This document shows, in pieces, positions 1-8,549 of a stretch of 25,368 nt of DNA. The position numbers and the translations under genes were made by a program. The notes beneath the pieces are model-generated. The model was not told where the DNA came from. It saw only the letters and a list, made by a program, of their open reading frames with translations, and did no database searches. How positions within the stretch are numbered: the first letter of the stretch is position 1; each line of letters opens with the position of its first letter. Location: positions 1 through 25,368 of the forward strand of contig JAWOBU010000176.1 of NCBI GenBank assembly GCA_046484135.1, in the 5' to 3' direction. Source of the stretch: a bacterium. Lineage in GTDB: Bacteria > RBG-13-61-14 > DATKZS01.

Positions 1-27
1 GGGCCTGCGACATGAGAGGGGGTTTTT
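1..27 (+). repeat. Left terminal inverted repeat of the IS
   Basis: 27/27 reverse-complement match to 1774-1800. Confidence 0.95.
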
Positions 28-30
28 GAT

Positions 31-59
31 TTGGCTTTTTATTTTGCCCGTGTTATTGT
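31..59 (+). promoter_or_regulatory. Putative sigma70 promoter of the IS
   Basis: TTGGCT (31-36), 17-nt spacer, TG-n-TATTGT extended -10 (51-59); RBS GGAGGA at 78-83 ahead of ATG 88. Confidence 0.45.
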
Positions 60-87
60 AGATATATCACTACAATCGGAGGATGTT

Positions 88-468
88 ATGAAAAGATGCG
101 AGGAGATTGAGAAGAGGCGGAGCGAGATTCTGAAGGAAATGGAAGGGATACGTTCCATGCGGCGGGGCAGGGTTGACGAACAGTATTTAAAGGTCCCTCA
201 CAAGGGTAAAAAGGAACCGGTTTTTCGTGGGCCTTACTATGTGTTTTCCCGCCATGAGAAGGGCGAAGGGACCAAGAGCTACAGGCTTACCACCCAAGAA
301 GATGTTGACAATGCTCGGCGCGACGTTGCGGCGCACAAGCGTTTCCAGGAGCTTTGCCGTGAGTACGAGGAGTTAACGGAAGAGCTTGGTCGTCTGGAGC
401 GGGAGTCGGACGAACGTTCGCCGGAAAAAAAAACGCGGAAGTCGGGGTCGAGGCGGACGCGGAAGTGA
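88..468 (+). CDS. IS orfA, DUF6788-like small basic/coiled-coil protein; possible N-terminal part of a frameshifted transposase
   Basis: ATG 88 with GGAGGA RBS (preferred over TTG 31). The MRRG...Y...GPYY pattern resembles small ORFs found upstream of transposases. Its stop overlaps the next start (GTGA, 465-468). Confidence 0.75.
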   Translation: MKRCEEIEKRRSEILKEMEGIRSMRRGRVDEQYLKVPHKGKKEPVFRGPYYVFSRHEKGEGTKSYRLTTQEDVDNARRDVAAHKRFQELCREYEELTEELGRLERESDERSPEKKTRKSGSRRTRK

Positions 469-1775
469 AGCGTTTTTTGGAGCGTACGGGTTCGGAGCAC
501 GGTGTTGACTTGGAGAGCTGGGAGTTCGCTCTTCGTCAGGCGGTTCTTTGCGCCGGGTCTCGTTTGTTGGAGCAGTTGATAAAGGACTTGGGGTCGGGAC
601 GCCGCGCCGCACCGGTGTTGTGCGGTTGCGGTACGAAGATGGACAGCGAGGGCCGGCGGGAGAAGTCAATCCGGAGCATCCTGGGCGATATTCGTTTCAA
701 GCGCTCGGTGTTTGTCTGCCCCGCTTGCGGATCAAGACGTGCGCCGGGCGACGAGGCGCTTGACGTTGTTGACACGGTTTTCTCTCCCGGTCTCAATCGC
801 TTGATGACCCGTGCGGGCAGCAGCGGAACCTTCAAAGAAGGCCGGGAGGACCTCAAGGAGTATGCTTCGATCGAGGTTACCGCCAAGCAGGTGGAGCGGG
901 TGTCGGAAGCCACCGGCGAGGCGGTGGAACGGTGGCAGGAAAAAGAACGTGTGCTTGTCATGGCCGGCGATTCTTCCGGCGATGTTGATGACGAGGTGCC
1001 TTTGCTGTACGTCTCTTACGACGGTACCGGCGTGCCCGTTGTGCCTTGGGAGACAGCGGGGAGGAAGGGCAAACAGGAAGACGGGTCAAGCAAAAGCCGG
1101 GAGGTGAAGCTGGGCTGCGTGTTCACCCAGACCAAGACTGACAAAGACGGTTTTCCCATCCGCGACCCTGACAGCACCAGCTTTGTGGGGGCCATCGAGA
1201 ACTCGGAAGAGTTCGGCCGGCGGATTTACACCGAGGCGGTGAGAAGGGGGCTTACCAAGGCGAATAAAGTGATGGTTCTCGCCGACGGGGCCCGCTACAA
1301 CTGGGAGATCGCGGCACTGCATTTCCCGGGCTGCATCGAAGGCGTGGATTTATATCATGCCCGGGAGCATCTTTATGAGCTTTGCGCCCTGCTCAAGCCA
1401 AAGGGCACGAAGGAGTTCAACAAGCTGAAGATGCAACTCCTGAGCTGGCTGGACGAGGGCAAAGTGAAAAAGATCATTGCCAAGGCGGAAAAGCTCCTGC
1501 CCAAGGATAAGGACCCCAAAAAGGAGGTCGAAAAGCAGATCGGTTATTTCGAAAACAATACGCACCGGATGCGTTACGACGAGTTCCGTGAACAGGGATT
1601 ATTCGTGGGGTCTGGAGTTGTGGAGGCTGGCTGCAAGACGGTGGTGGGCAAGCGCCTCAAGCAGTCAGGCATGGAATGGACCGTCCAGGGGGCAAACTCC
1701 ATCATCGCCCTGCGCTGCCTCTACATCTCCGGCAGAATGGAAGAGTTCTGGGAGCAAAAAGCGGCCGGCGCCTAA
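465..1775 (+). CDS. ISKra4-family DDE transposase
   Basis: YDGTGVP (D1), LADGARYNW (D2), DLYH (Mutator-type D/CxxH), GSGVVEAGCK (E), RLKQSGMEW; N-terminal CGC...CPAC Zn-ribbon; stop codon overlaps the right IR. Confidence 0.92.
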   Translation: MKRFLERTGSEHGVDLESWEFALRQAVLCAGSRLLEQLIKDLGSGRRAAPVLCGCGTKMDSEGRREKSIRSILGDIRFKRSVFVCPACGSRRAPGDEALDVVDTVFSPGLNRLMTRAGSSGTFKEGREDLKEYASIEVTAKQVERVSEATGEAVERWQEKERVLVMAGDSSGDVDDEVPLLYVSYDGTGVPVVPWETAGRKGKQEDGSSKSREVKLGCVFTQTKTDKDGFPIRDPDSTSFVGAIENSEEFGRRIYTEAVRRGLTKANKVMVLADGARYNWEIAALHFPGCIEGVDLYHAREHLYELCALLKPKGTKEFNKLKMQLLSWLDEGKVKKIIAKAEKLLPKDKDPKKEVEKQIGYFENNTHRMRYDEFREQGLFVGSGVVEAGCKTVVGKRLKQSGMEWTVQGANSIIALRCLYISGRMEEFWEQKAAGA

Positions 1776-1800
1776 AAACCCCCTCTCATGTCGCAGGCCC
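1774..1800 (-). repeat. Right terminal inverted repeat of the IS
   Basis: AAAAACCCCCTCTCATGTCGCAGGCCC, perfect inverse of 1-27. Confidence 0.95.
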
Positions 1801-1847
1801 CGCTCTTCCGCAAAGTAAAGCTGAACTTCTGTTTTGGCCAAGATCAG

Positions 1848-3140
1848 CTACGGCCGGATTTTGCCCAGCATTCGGGGGAAGGGTATGGTTTCCCGGACGT
1901 GGTGGAGTCCGCATATCCAGGCGACTGTTCTTTCGATGCCGAGTCCGAAGCCGGCATGAGGGACGGAGCCGTAGCGGCGCAGGTCCAGGTACCACTCGAA
2001 GGCATCGCGAGGAAGGTTGTGCTCCTCGATCTTTTTCTCCAGCTCGCCAAGGTCGTCTTCGCGCTGTCCTCCGCCGATGATCTCGCCATAGCCCTCCGGC
2101 GCCAGAACGTCCACACAAAGCGCCAGGTCGGGCCGCTCCGGGTCGTTCTTCATGTAGAAAGCCTTGACCTCCGCGGGATACCGGTGGACCATGACCGGAC
2201 GGTCGAACTGCTCCGCAAGCACCGTCTCCTCGTCCCCTCCGAAATCGTCTCCCCGGTTGACCTCGACACCCTGCCGGGAAAGTATCTGTAAAGCCTCCTC
2301 GTAAGTGATCCGCGGGAAAGGCTTCCGCACCTTGGTAAGCGCGGTAAGGTCCCGCTCCAGCGCTTCCAGCTCCGCCTTTTTCGACTCGACGGTCCGCTGA
2401 ACCACAGCTTCCAGAAAGTCCTCCGCAAGGTCCATGTCCCCCTCGAGATCGAGCCAGGCCACCTCAGGCTCGAGCATCCAGAACTCCATCAGGTGCCGGC
2501 GGGTCTTGGACTTCTCCGCCCGGAAGGTCGGCCCGTAGCAGTACACCTTGCCGAAGGCCATGGCCGCGGCCTCCGCGTAAAGCTGGCCGGACTGGGTAAG
2601 ATAGGCAGGCTCACCAAAGTAGTCGGTCTCGAACAGTGTGGTCGTGCCCTCGCAGGCCGCAGGCGTGAGAATAGGAGAGTCCACCCGGATGAAGCCCTGC
2701 TCGGAAAGGTAATCGAAGCACTGCCGGATGATCTCGGAGCGGACCCGCAGGATGGCGTGCTGTCGGCGCGAGCGTATCCACAGGTGCCGGTTGTCCATCA
2801 AAAAAGCGGTCCCGTGCTCCTTGGGAGTGATGGGGTAGTCGTGCGCTTCGCTCACGAGCTCGAGACCGGTAACTCCGATCTCGTAGCCGATAGGAGAACG
2901 CTTATCCTCCTTGACCACTCCCCGCACCTTTAGAGAGCTCTCCTGCGGTATGCGCTCGGCAAGGGAGAAGGTCTCTTCTGATACGTCTCCTTTAAAGACC
3001 ACGCACTGGATGATGCCGGACCCGTCCCGCAACTGGAGGAAATGGAGCTTGCCCTTGCTGGACTTGTTATAAAGCCAGCCGCGAAGCTCGACCTCGCGGC
3101 CCGCGTAATCGGAACACTGTGATACTTTTATCCAGTCCAT
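1848..3140 (-). CDS. asnS: Asparagine--tRNA ligase
   Basis: OB-fold N-terminus (LRGW...LRDGSG), [10 protein letters not shown], motif 2 [53 protein letters not shown]. Confidence 0.97.
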   Translation of the reverse strand: MDWIKVSQCSDYAGREVELRGWLYNKSSKGKLHFLQLRDGSGIIQCVVFKGDVSEETFSLAERIPQESSLKVRGVVKEDKRSPIGYEIGVTGLELVSEAHDYPITPKEHGTAFLMDNRHLWIRSRRQHAILRVRSEIIRQCFDYLSEQGFIRVDSPILTPAACEGTTTLFETDYFGEPAYLTQSGQLYAEAAAMAFGKVYCYGPTFRAEKSKTRRHLMEFWMLEPEVAWLDLEGDMDLAEDFLEAVVQRTVESKKAELEALERDLTALTKVRKPFPRITYEEALQILSRQGVEVNRGDDFGGDEETVLAEQFDRPVMVHRYPAEVKAFYMKNDPERPDLALCVDVLAPEGYGEIIGGGQREDDLGELEKKIEEHNLPRDAFEWYLDLRRYGSVPHAGFGLGIERTVAWICGLHHVRETIPFPRMLGKIRP

Positions 3141-3164
3141 GTTTCAATTTCCATGAAAAAGAGA

Positions 3165-3740
3165 TTATCCGCTTTCCTGCTCGCGGTTCTGTTTGTAGAG
3201 CATCAGGGTATAGGCCCGGGGTTCGAGCGCGGACTCCAGGATGCCCAGCTCCGCGAGTAAAGCCATCACCCGCGACTCGGCCCGCTCGATCCGGTCTTCA
3301 TTCTCGACCATGACCTCGATCTCCACGAAGTCGCCAAGGCCCTCTATATTGACGAGCTCTATTATGGCGGCCCGCTCTCCGTCCAGGTCGGAAGGGACCT
3401 CGAACCGCTTGCCCTGCTTGCGCTTGCGGATCAGCTCCCGGAAGCCAAAAAGCCTTACAAAGTTTAGGAAGGCGTCTGCGTCGCTGATCTCGAACTCGTA
3501 CTCCCGGGCGGTGGCGCACTCGACCGAGGCTATGTCTTCCTTGGCCGTTACTATGGCCCGGTGGGAAAACTCCCGGAGGCGGAACCTTTCATAGGTGTAG
3601 CCTTCGATCTCCCGGAAGGTGAAGTAGGTGTCCGCGTAATCAATATGGTCCAGGAAGCGGGCGTTCGCCGGCAGCCTCCCCTCCACCGCGGACAGGTCAT
3701 CCACCCGCGCCTTGTTCTCCACTTCAATGCCTTTAGCCAT
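3165..3740 (-). CDS. CYTH-domain protein (class IV adenylate cyclase / triphosphatase family)
   Basis: N-terminal ExExK (IEVENK), DTYF, RLR, REYE, GLGDFVEIE, C-terminal YxxM. Confidence 0.85.
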   Translation of the reverse strand: MAKGIEVENKARVDDLSAVEGRLPANARFLDHIDYADTYFTFREIEGYTYERFRLREFSHRAIVTAKEDIASVECATAREYEFEISDADAFLNFVRLFGFRELIRKRKQGKRFEVPSDLDGERAAIIELVNIEGLGDFVEIEVMVENEDRIERAESRVMALLAELGILESALEPRAYTLMLYKQNREQESG

Positions 3741-3794
3741 GCACTATATGCTAGATCACGCCGCGCTTGCCGTCAAAAAAAACTAATGCTTAAA

Positions 3795-3823
3795 TTGCAT
3801 GGACGCTTTGCAAAAGATAAAAT
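3795..3823 (+). promoter_or_regulatory. Putative sigma70 promoter for the glycosyltransferase
   Basis: TTGCAT-N17-TAAAAT in the AT-rich divergent intergenic region. Confidence 0.5.
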
Positions 3824-3833
3824 GAAACCGCCC

Positions 3834-5609
3834 ATGCCCGAGATGAACAAATCCCCGCTTATAAACGAGTTCTCCCAAAAGCGGAAAGCTCCCCTTTTCC
3901 CCGGTACGGAGCACCCTTTGCGAAAAGCAGACGCCTTCCTCTTAGCAGCCATCACCATTGCCGCACTTATCGTACGGACCGGCTTTGTTATCAAAGCGGA
4001 GCCCATGCTTTTCAGGGACATGGAAATATACGTCTTTATTTCTCAATCCCTGGCGGCCGGGAATTTAACCGATGCCATCCATTTTCATTACCCTCCCCTC
4101 TTCCCCACCTTGTTCGCGCCGGTCGGGCTCATTCTGGAGGATTTCGAGTCAGGCTGCCGGGTGGTTTCCGTCCTCCTTGGTGCTTGTGTCGTGGTTCCCG
4201 TCTATCTCCTGGCTTTCAAGACCGCGGGTCGCGGTGCGGCAATCCTGGCCTCATCCTTTTATGCCTTCGTCTTTTTCATAGGCGGACAGGAGCAGGAGCA
4301 GGCCCTTATCTTCTTTGTCTGGACAGCCGTGCTGGCCGCGCTTTTAAGCCTGGAAAAGAAAAAGGCGGGATGGTTTCTCGCCACCGGTGTTCTGTTCGGA
4401 CTCGCTTTCCTCACCAAGCCGGAAGGATGGGGGTTCTTCCTGGCCTTTCTGGGTCTCGCTTTCTGCTACTGGCTCTTTAATGCCTTCCGTTACGGCGACC
4501 CTGACAAAGCCGCGCGGTGGGCGAAACAGCGCTTCCCCGGCAAGTACGGTCTTTTGTGCATAGCATTGCTGGCGGCGGGCTACTTCATGATCACGAGCCC
4601 CTATCTGTTCGCTTATTATCAGAGGACCGGCGAGGTTACCATGAACCCCAAAGCCCGGTCGCTTTTGTATCTGCATAACCTCCGAGACTACAGCATGCTT
4701 TACATGATCCAGAAAGACCCGGCAGGATATTACACCCTGGCCCAGCGCATGTACCTGGAAGGAGACGTTAACCCTCCCGAGGAGAGCATTTACTATCTGT
4801 TGTACAAGCACCGGAAACAGTTCGTCTCCGTCTGGTGGGCAAGGTTTAAAATAGCAATCTTTGATACCCTCCCAAATAAATACCTGCAAAGGATCGCGCC
4901 CGGGATCTGGCCGGTGCTGTTACTCCTGGGTTTATGGAACCGGCGGAGAAAGCTCTTGCCCGATCTCTACATCCACGCTCTCGCCCTGGTTCCCCTGATC
5001 CTGGTGCCCTTCTTCACCAGTGTCTTTCCGCGCTTTTACTTTTCATTGCTCCCCTGGTTCATGATCTTCCTGGGGAGAGGAACATGGCGGGCCATAGCGA
5101 TCATCGCCTGGCTTTTCAGCAAGACCGGGGTTGGGAAAGATCGCCTGAAGCTTTACTTTACACTGGCATCCCTGGCAGTGCTTATATACTTGTGTACAAC
5201 AAAGATCGCCTTTTCCAGCCCCCCTCCGCACAAAAAGATGAAACTCGAGTTCCGAAAAGAGATAGCCTCCGAGTTGAAGTCCATGCTTCCGGAGGAATGC
5301 CGCTTCATGGCCGAGCTTGGAAGGCCGTCCATGTGGTACATGGCCGGCTTCCATCCGGCCCGCCAGGAGGTCCTTCCCTCCGACGACCTGAACAAAATAC
5401 TCGTCTATGCCTTGCGCAAAGATGTAAAGTTCATCGTCCACCATGAGCACCCTGCAAGGCACAAACGATATATTACCTTAGACCCCTTGCTCCGGAAAGA
5501 CTTCTCCTACCCGCCTATGAAACGAAGGCTCCGCCGGACCAGCCCTCTCGGCAAGGTATACGTCATCTACGAGGTTGTGCCGGTCAAATGCGGAGCTGAC
5601 AAGAAGTAA
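3834..5609 (+). CDS. Polytopic membrane GT-C glycosyltransferase (ArnT/PMT_2, GT39/83-like)
   Basis: Many hydrophobic helices; D..Y...A...., HYPPLFP, LAFLTKPEG, PRFY motifs. Start uncertain (3822/3834/3843). The 3561 start in the ORF track overlaps the CYTH gene and was rejected. Confidence 0.75.
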   Translation: MPEMNKSPLINEFSQKRKAPLFPGTEHPLRKADAFLLAAITIAALIVRTGFVIKAEPMLFRDMEIYVFISQSLAAGNLTDAIHFHYPPLFPTLFAPVGLILEDFESGCRVVSVLLGACVVVPVYLLAFKTAGRGAAILASSFYAFVFFIGGQEQEQALIFFVWTAVLAALLSLEKKKAGWFLATGVLFGLAFLTKPEGWGFFLAFLGLAFCYWLFNAFRYGDPDKAARWAKQRFPGKYGLLCIALLAAGYFMITSPYLFAYYQRTGEVTMNPKARSLLYLHNLRDYSMLYMIQKDPAGYYTLAQRMYLEGDVNPPEESIYYLLYKHRKQFVSVWWARFKIAIFDTLPNKYLQRIAPGIWPVLLLLGLWNRRRKLLPDLYIHALALVPLILVPFFTSVFPRFYFSLLPWFMIFLGRGTWRAIAIIAWLFSKTGVGKDRLKLYFTLASLAVLIYLCTTKIAFSSPPPHKKMKLEFRKEIASELKSMLPEECRFMAELGRPSMWYMAGFHPARQEVLPSDDLNKILVYALRKDVKFIVHHEHPARHKRYITLDPLLRKDFSYPPMKRRLRRTSPLGKVYVIYEVVPVKCGADKK

Positions 5610-5739
5610 CAGCATATGTCCTTACGACAGTAAAAAGGTTGAGGAATGCATGGTCAACTTTGTTCGTGACTTCCGTTGCTCGCCCGGTAGCTGCTTTGGT
5701 TGGTAAGTATAAAAGGTCTGACAGGACAGAAATGCTTTC

Positions 5740-6789
5740 TCAGCAGGAGGCCAGGTCCATGAGCGACATGCCTTTCGGCTTTTGCTCGCTCATGAACTTG
5801 TCGGTCTCCTCTTCCACCAGGGAAAGGACTTTATCAAGCTCGGCCATCCTCTCGCGGGAGTTCTTGTCCGCGGTCTGTTGGAGGCCGTCCACGTTTACCA
5901 GTGTAACTCCCTGGACCTCGTTCGCCCAGTGGTCCACATTCCTGGGCACGGCCAGGTCTATAATGAACAGAGGCTTTTGGGGCCTTCCCTTCATTATGCT
6001 CTCTATCATGCTCTTCTTGATAAGCACGTGGGGCGCCCGCGTGGACGTTACCAGCACGTCCACCTTGGCTATCTGGGAAGCAAGCTCGGTGTAGTCCACC
6101 GCCCTGCCTCCCAAAGAATGGGCCACTTCCTGCGCACGCGACAGCGTCCGGTTGGCCACCAGGATGGTGGCGATGCCGTTCGCGGACAGCGAGCGCGCCG
6201 TCAGAATGCCCATCTCGCCGGCCCCCAGGATCATGGCCGAGCGGTTCTTTAAAGAACCCAGGAACTCGCGGGCCATGTCCACGGCCACCGACCCCACCGA
6301 CACCGGTCGGCAATGGAAGCGCGTCTCTTCATCCACCCTTTTCACCAGGTTGTCAGCGGCGTGGCAAAGACGGTTAAGCTCCGGACCGATTGTGCACTCG
6401 GCGACCGCCTGGTCAAAGCCCTGGTGAATCTGGGAGAGTATCTGCGTCTCGCCCAGCACCATGGAGTCCGCACCTATCGCAACCTCCAGCATGTGGCGGG
6501 CCACCTCGCGGCTCCGTAAATAGTAAAAAAAGCCCTCCATGTCCGACTCGGAAAAGCCGTACTCCTCCTGCAGGAAACGGGTAATGCTTGTAAGGCAGGC
6601 CTCGCAATCCCGGCCCACCGCGTAAAACTCCACCCGGTTACAGGTGGAGAACACCACCAGCTCGTCAATCTCCGGCCGGGAATGAAGACGTTTGCGCGTA
6701 TCGAACACGCTGATCCCGGACAGGGAGACCTTCTCCCTTACCCAGAGGGGCGAGGTTTTATGGCTGGTGCCGACAAGAACTACGGGCAT
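5740..6789 (-). CDS. hemA: Glutamyl-tRNA reductase-like protein, 349 aa, lacking most of the C-terminal dimerisation domain
   Basis: GTSHKT...RE, catalytic STCNRVE, DSMVLGETQIL, VSVGSVAV, GAGEMG Rossmann motif, ANRT, DLAVPRNV. ATG 6789 has an AGGAG upstream. Confidence 0.88.
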   Translation of the reverse strand: MPVVLVGTSHKTSPLWVREKVSLSGISVFDTRKRLHSRPEIDELVVFSTCNRVEFYAVGRDCEACLTSITRFLQEEYGFSESDMEGFFYYLRSREVARHMLEVAIGADSMVLGETQILSQIHQGFDQAVAECTIGPELNRLCHAADNLVKRVDEETRFHCRPVSVGSVAVDMAREFLGSLKNRSAMILGAGEMGILTARSLSANGIATILVANRTLSRAQEVAHSLGGRAVDYTELASQIAKVDVLVTSTRAPHVLIKKSMIESIMKGRPQKPLFIIDLAVPRNVDHWANEVQGVTLVNVDGLQQTADKNSRERMAELDKVLSLVEEETDKFMSEQKPKGMSLMDLASC

Positions 6790-6990
6790 GGTTATAACCG
6801 AACTCCTGACATCAACAATCTTCTCGATCCTGCTATCCGGACACAGGGACGGGCCTCCCCCGCGATGCGCCCCTTCATAGCCTGTAAATAAGTTTAACAC
6901 ATCTGTGAAGATGCCTCAAAGCCCGCACCGGCTTCTTTTTGCCTGTGAAAGCACGGCAAGATATATTGAAAAGACGAAAGGAGAAAAAAG

Positions 6991-8475
6991 GTGGAGTACG
7001 TGATCGGAATAGACGTGGGGACCTCGGGCGTCCGGGGCCTGCTTTCGGACCGGGAAGCCCGCGTCCAAAGCACGGCCGCCCGCGAGTACGGCATGTCCAC
7101 CCCGCAAGCCGGCTGGGCCGAGCAGGACCCGGCCGACTGGTGGAACGCCTCTGTCGAGGTCATCAGTGAGCTGTGCGGCAAAGTTGGTTCTTCTCAGATC
7201 AAGGGAGTCGGTCTTACCGGCCAGATGCACAGCTCCGTCTTTCTGGACCGAGAGTACCTGGTGGTTCGCCCTGCCCTGCTCTGGTGCGACCAGCGCACCG
7301 ACGCCGAGGTTTCTGAAATCAATTCCCGGGTGGGGTTTGAAAAACTTATCGAGCTGACCTCGAACCGGGCCTTGACCGGCTTTACCGCTCCCAAGCTGCT
7401 CTGGCTCCGAAACCATGAGCCGGGAAACTACGAACGCATGCGCTACCTTCTTCTCGCCAAGGACTACATAAGGTTCCGGCTTACCCGCGAGCTCGCCACC
7501 GACGTGTCCGACGCCTCCGGCATGCTGCTTTTCGACGTCAAAAACCGGCAGTGGTCGGACGAGCTGCTCTCCGCACTTGACATAGACAAGTCCCTCCTTC
7601 CCTCCTTTTATGAAGGGACCGAGATAACCGGCACCGTGTCAGCCGAAGCCTCCGAGCTTACCGGTCTTCGCGAAGGCACGCCGGTAGTGGCCGGCGGGGG
7701 CGACCAGGCCGCGGGCGCGGTCGGCAACCGCATCGTGCGGCAAGGACCGGTCCTGGTTACCATCGGGACCTCCGGCGTGGTCTTCGCAAGCTCGGACAAG
7801 CCGGTCAGTGATCCGGAAGCCAGGCTCCACAGCTTCTGCCACGCTTCGCCCGGCCTGTGGCACACCATGGGGGTGACCCTTTCCGCGGGAGGCTCGCTCC
7901 AATGGCTCCGCAACACCCTCCGGCAACTGAAGCATGAGCTCGACTACCCGGAGCTGGAGCGCGAGGCCGGGCGGGCGCCCGCGGGTGCGGACGGCCTTTT
8001 GTTCCTGCCCTACCTCACCGGTGAACGCACTCCCGTGTTCGATCCTTACGCCCGGGGAGTTTTCGCGGGCCTTAACTTGAACCACGGCGTCGGACACCTG
8101 GCGCGCGCCGTCATGGAAGGAGTGGCTTATACCTTGAACGACTCGGCACGGCTCATGACAGAGAGCGGGACCATGCTGGATGAGATATATCTTTCCGGCG
8201 GAGGCGCCCGGAGCGACCTGTGGTCCGGCATTGTAGCCAATGTTCTGGGACTGCCCGTCATAAGGCTGTCCGTGGACGAAGGGCCGGCCTTTGGAGCCGC
8301 TGTCCTGGCCCTGGTGGGTATCAAGGAATTCTCCACCACCGCCGAAGCCACAAAAGCCTCGTTGTCCATTCGCGATGAAATCGAACCCGACCCGGAAGCC
8401 ATGAAGCTCTACCGGGAATCCTACCAGCGCTTCCAGGCTCTCTACCCGGCTCTGAAAGAGCATTTCCGCGGATGA
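6991..8475 (+). CDS. xylB: Xylulokinase (FGGY family)
   Basis: GIDVGTSG, GWAEQDP, GLTGQMHS, LWCDQRT, GFTAPKLLW, TDVSDASG, GGGDQAAGAVG, FLPYLTGERTP, GGGARS; GTG start with GGAG RBS. Confidence 0.92.
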   Translation: MEYVIGIDVGTSGVRGLLSDREARVQSTAAREYGMSTPQAGWAEQDPADWWNASVEVISELCGKVGSSQIKGVGLTGQMHSSVFLDREYLVVRPALLWCDQRTDAEVSEINSRVGFEKLIELTSNRALTGFTAPKLLWLRNHEPGNYERMRYLLLAKDYIRFRLTRELATDVSDASGMLLFDVKNRQWSDELLSALDIDKSLLPSFYEGTEITGTVSAEASELTGLREGTPVVAGGGDQAAGAVGNRIVRQGPVLVTIGTSGVVFASSDKPVSDPEARLHSFCHASPGLWHTMGVTLSAGGSLQWLRNTLRQLKHELDYPELEREAGRAPAGADGLLFLPYLTGERTPVFDPYARGVFAGLNLNHGVGHLARAVMEGVAYTLNDSARLMTESGTMLDEIYLSGGGARSDLWSGIVANVLGLPVIRLSVDEGPAFGAAVLALVGIKEFSTTAEATKASLSIRDEIEPDPEAMKLYRESYQRFQALYPALKEHFRG

Positions 8476-8476
8476 A

Positions 8477-8506
8477 TTGATGGAGCCGGCGCTTTGTTGC
8501 TATATT
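8477..8506 (+). promoter_or_regulatory. Putative promoter for the kinase-nucleotidyltransferase pair
   Basis: TTGATG-N18-TATATT with a TG extension at 8498-8499. Confidence 0.4.
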
Positions 8507-8549
8507 GTTTTAGATGAATTCTTTCACGAGAATATAAGGCGGAGTTAGT

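Larger units (their letters stand above)
1..1800 (+). mobile_element. ISKra4-family insertion sequence (prokaryotic Mutator-like DDE), apparently complete
   Basis: 1-27 GGGCCTGCGACATGAGAGGGGGTTTTT is the exact reverse complement of 1774-1800. The element encloses a small ORF and a DDE transposase. The target duplication cannot be checked because the window starts at the left end. Confidence 0.93.

Noticed and set aside
3561..3833. Long N-terminus of the glycosyltransferase ORF
   Set aside because: Overlaps the divergent CYTH gene and the promoter region.
5680..5742. Selenocysteine read-through at the hemA Cys-TGA
   Set aside because: No convincing SECIS hairpin after the TGA, and the position is not a known catalytic Cys of HemA.
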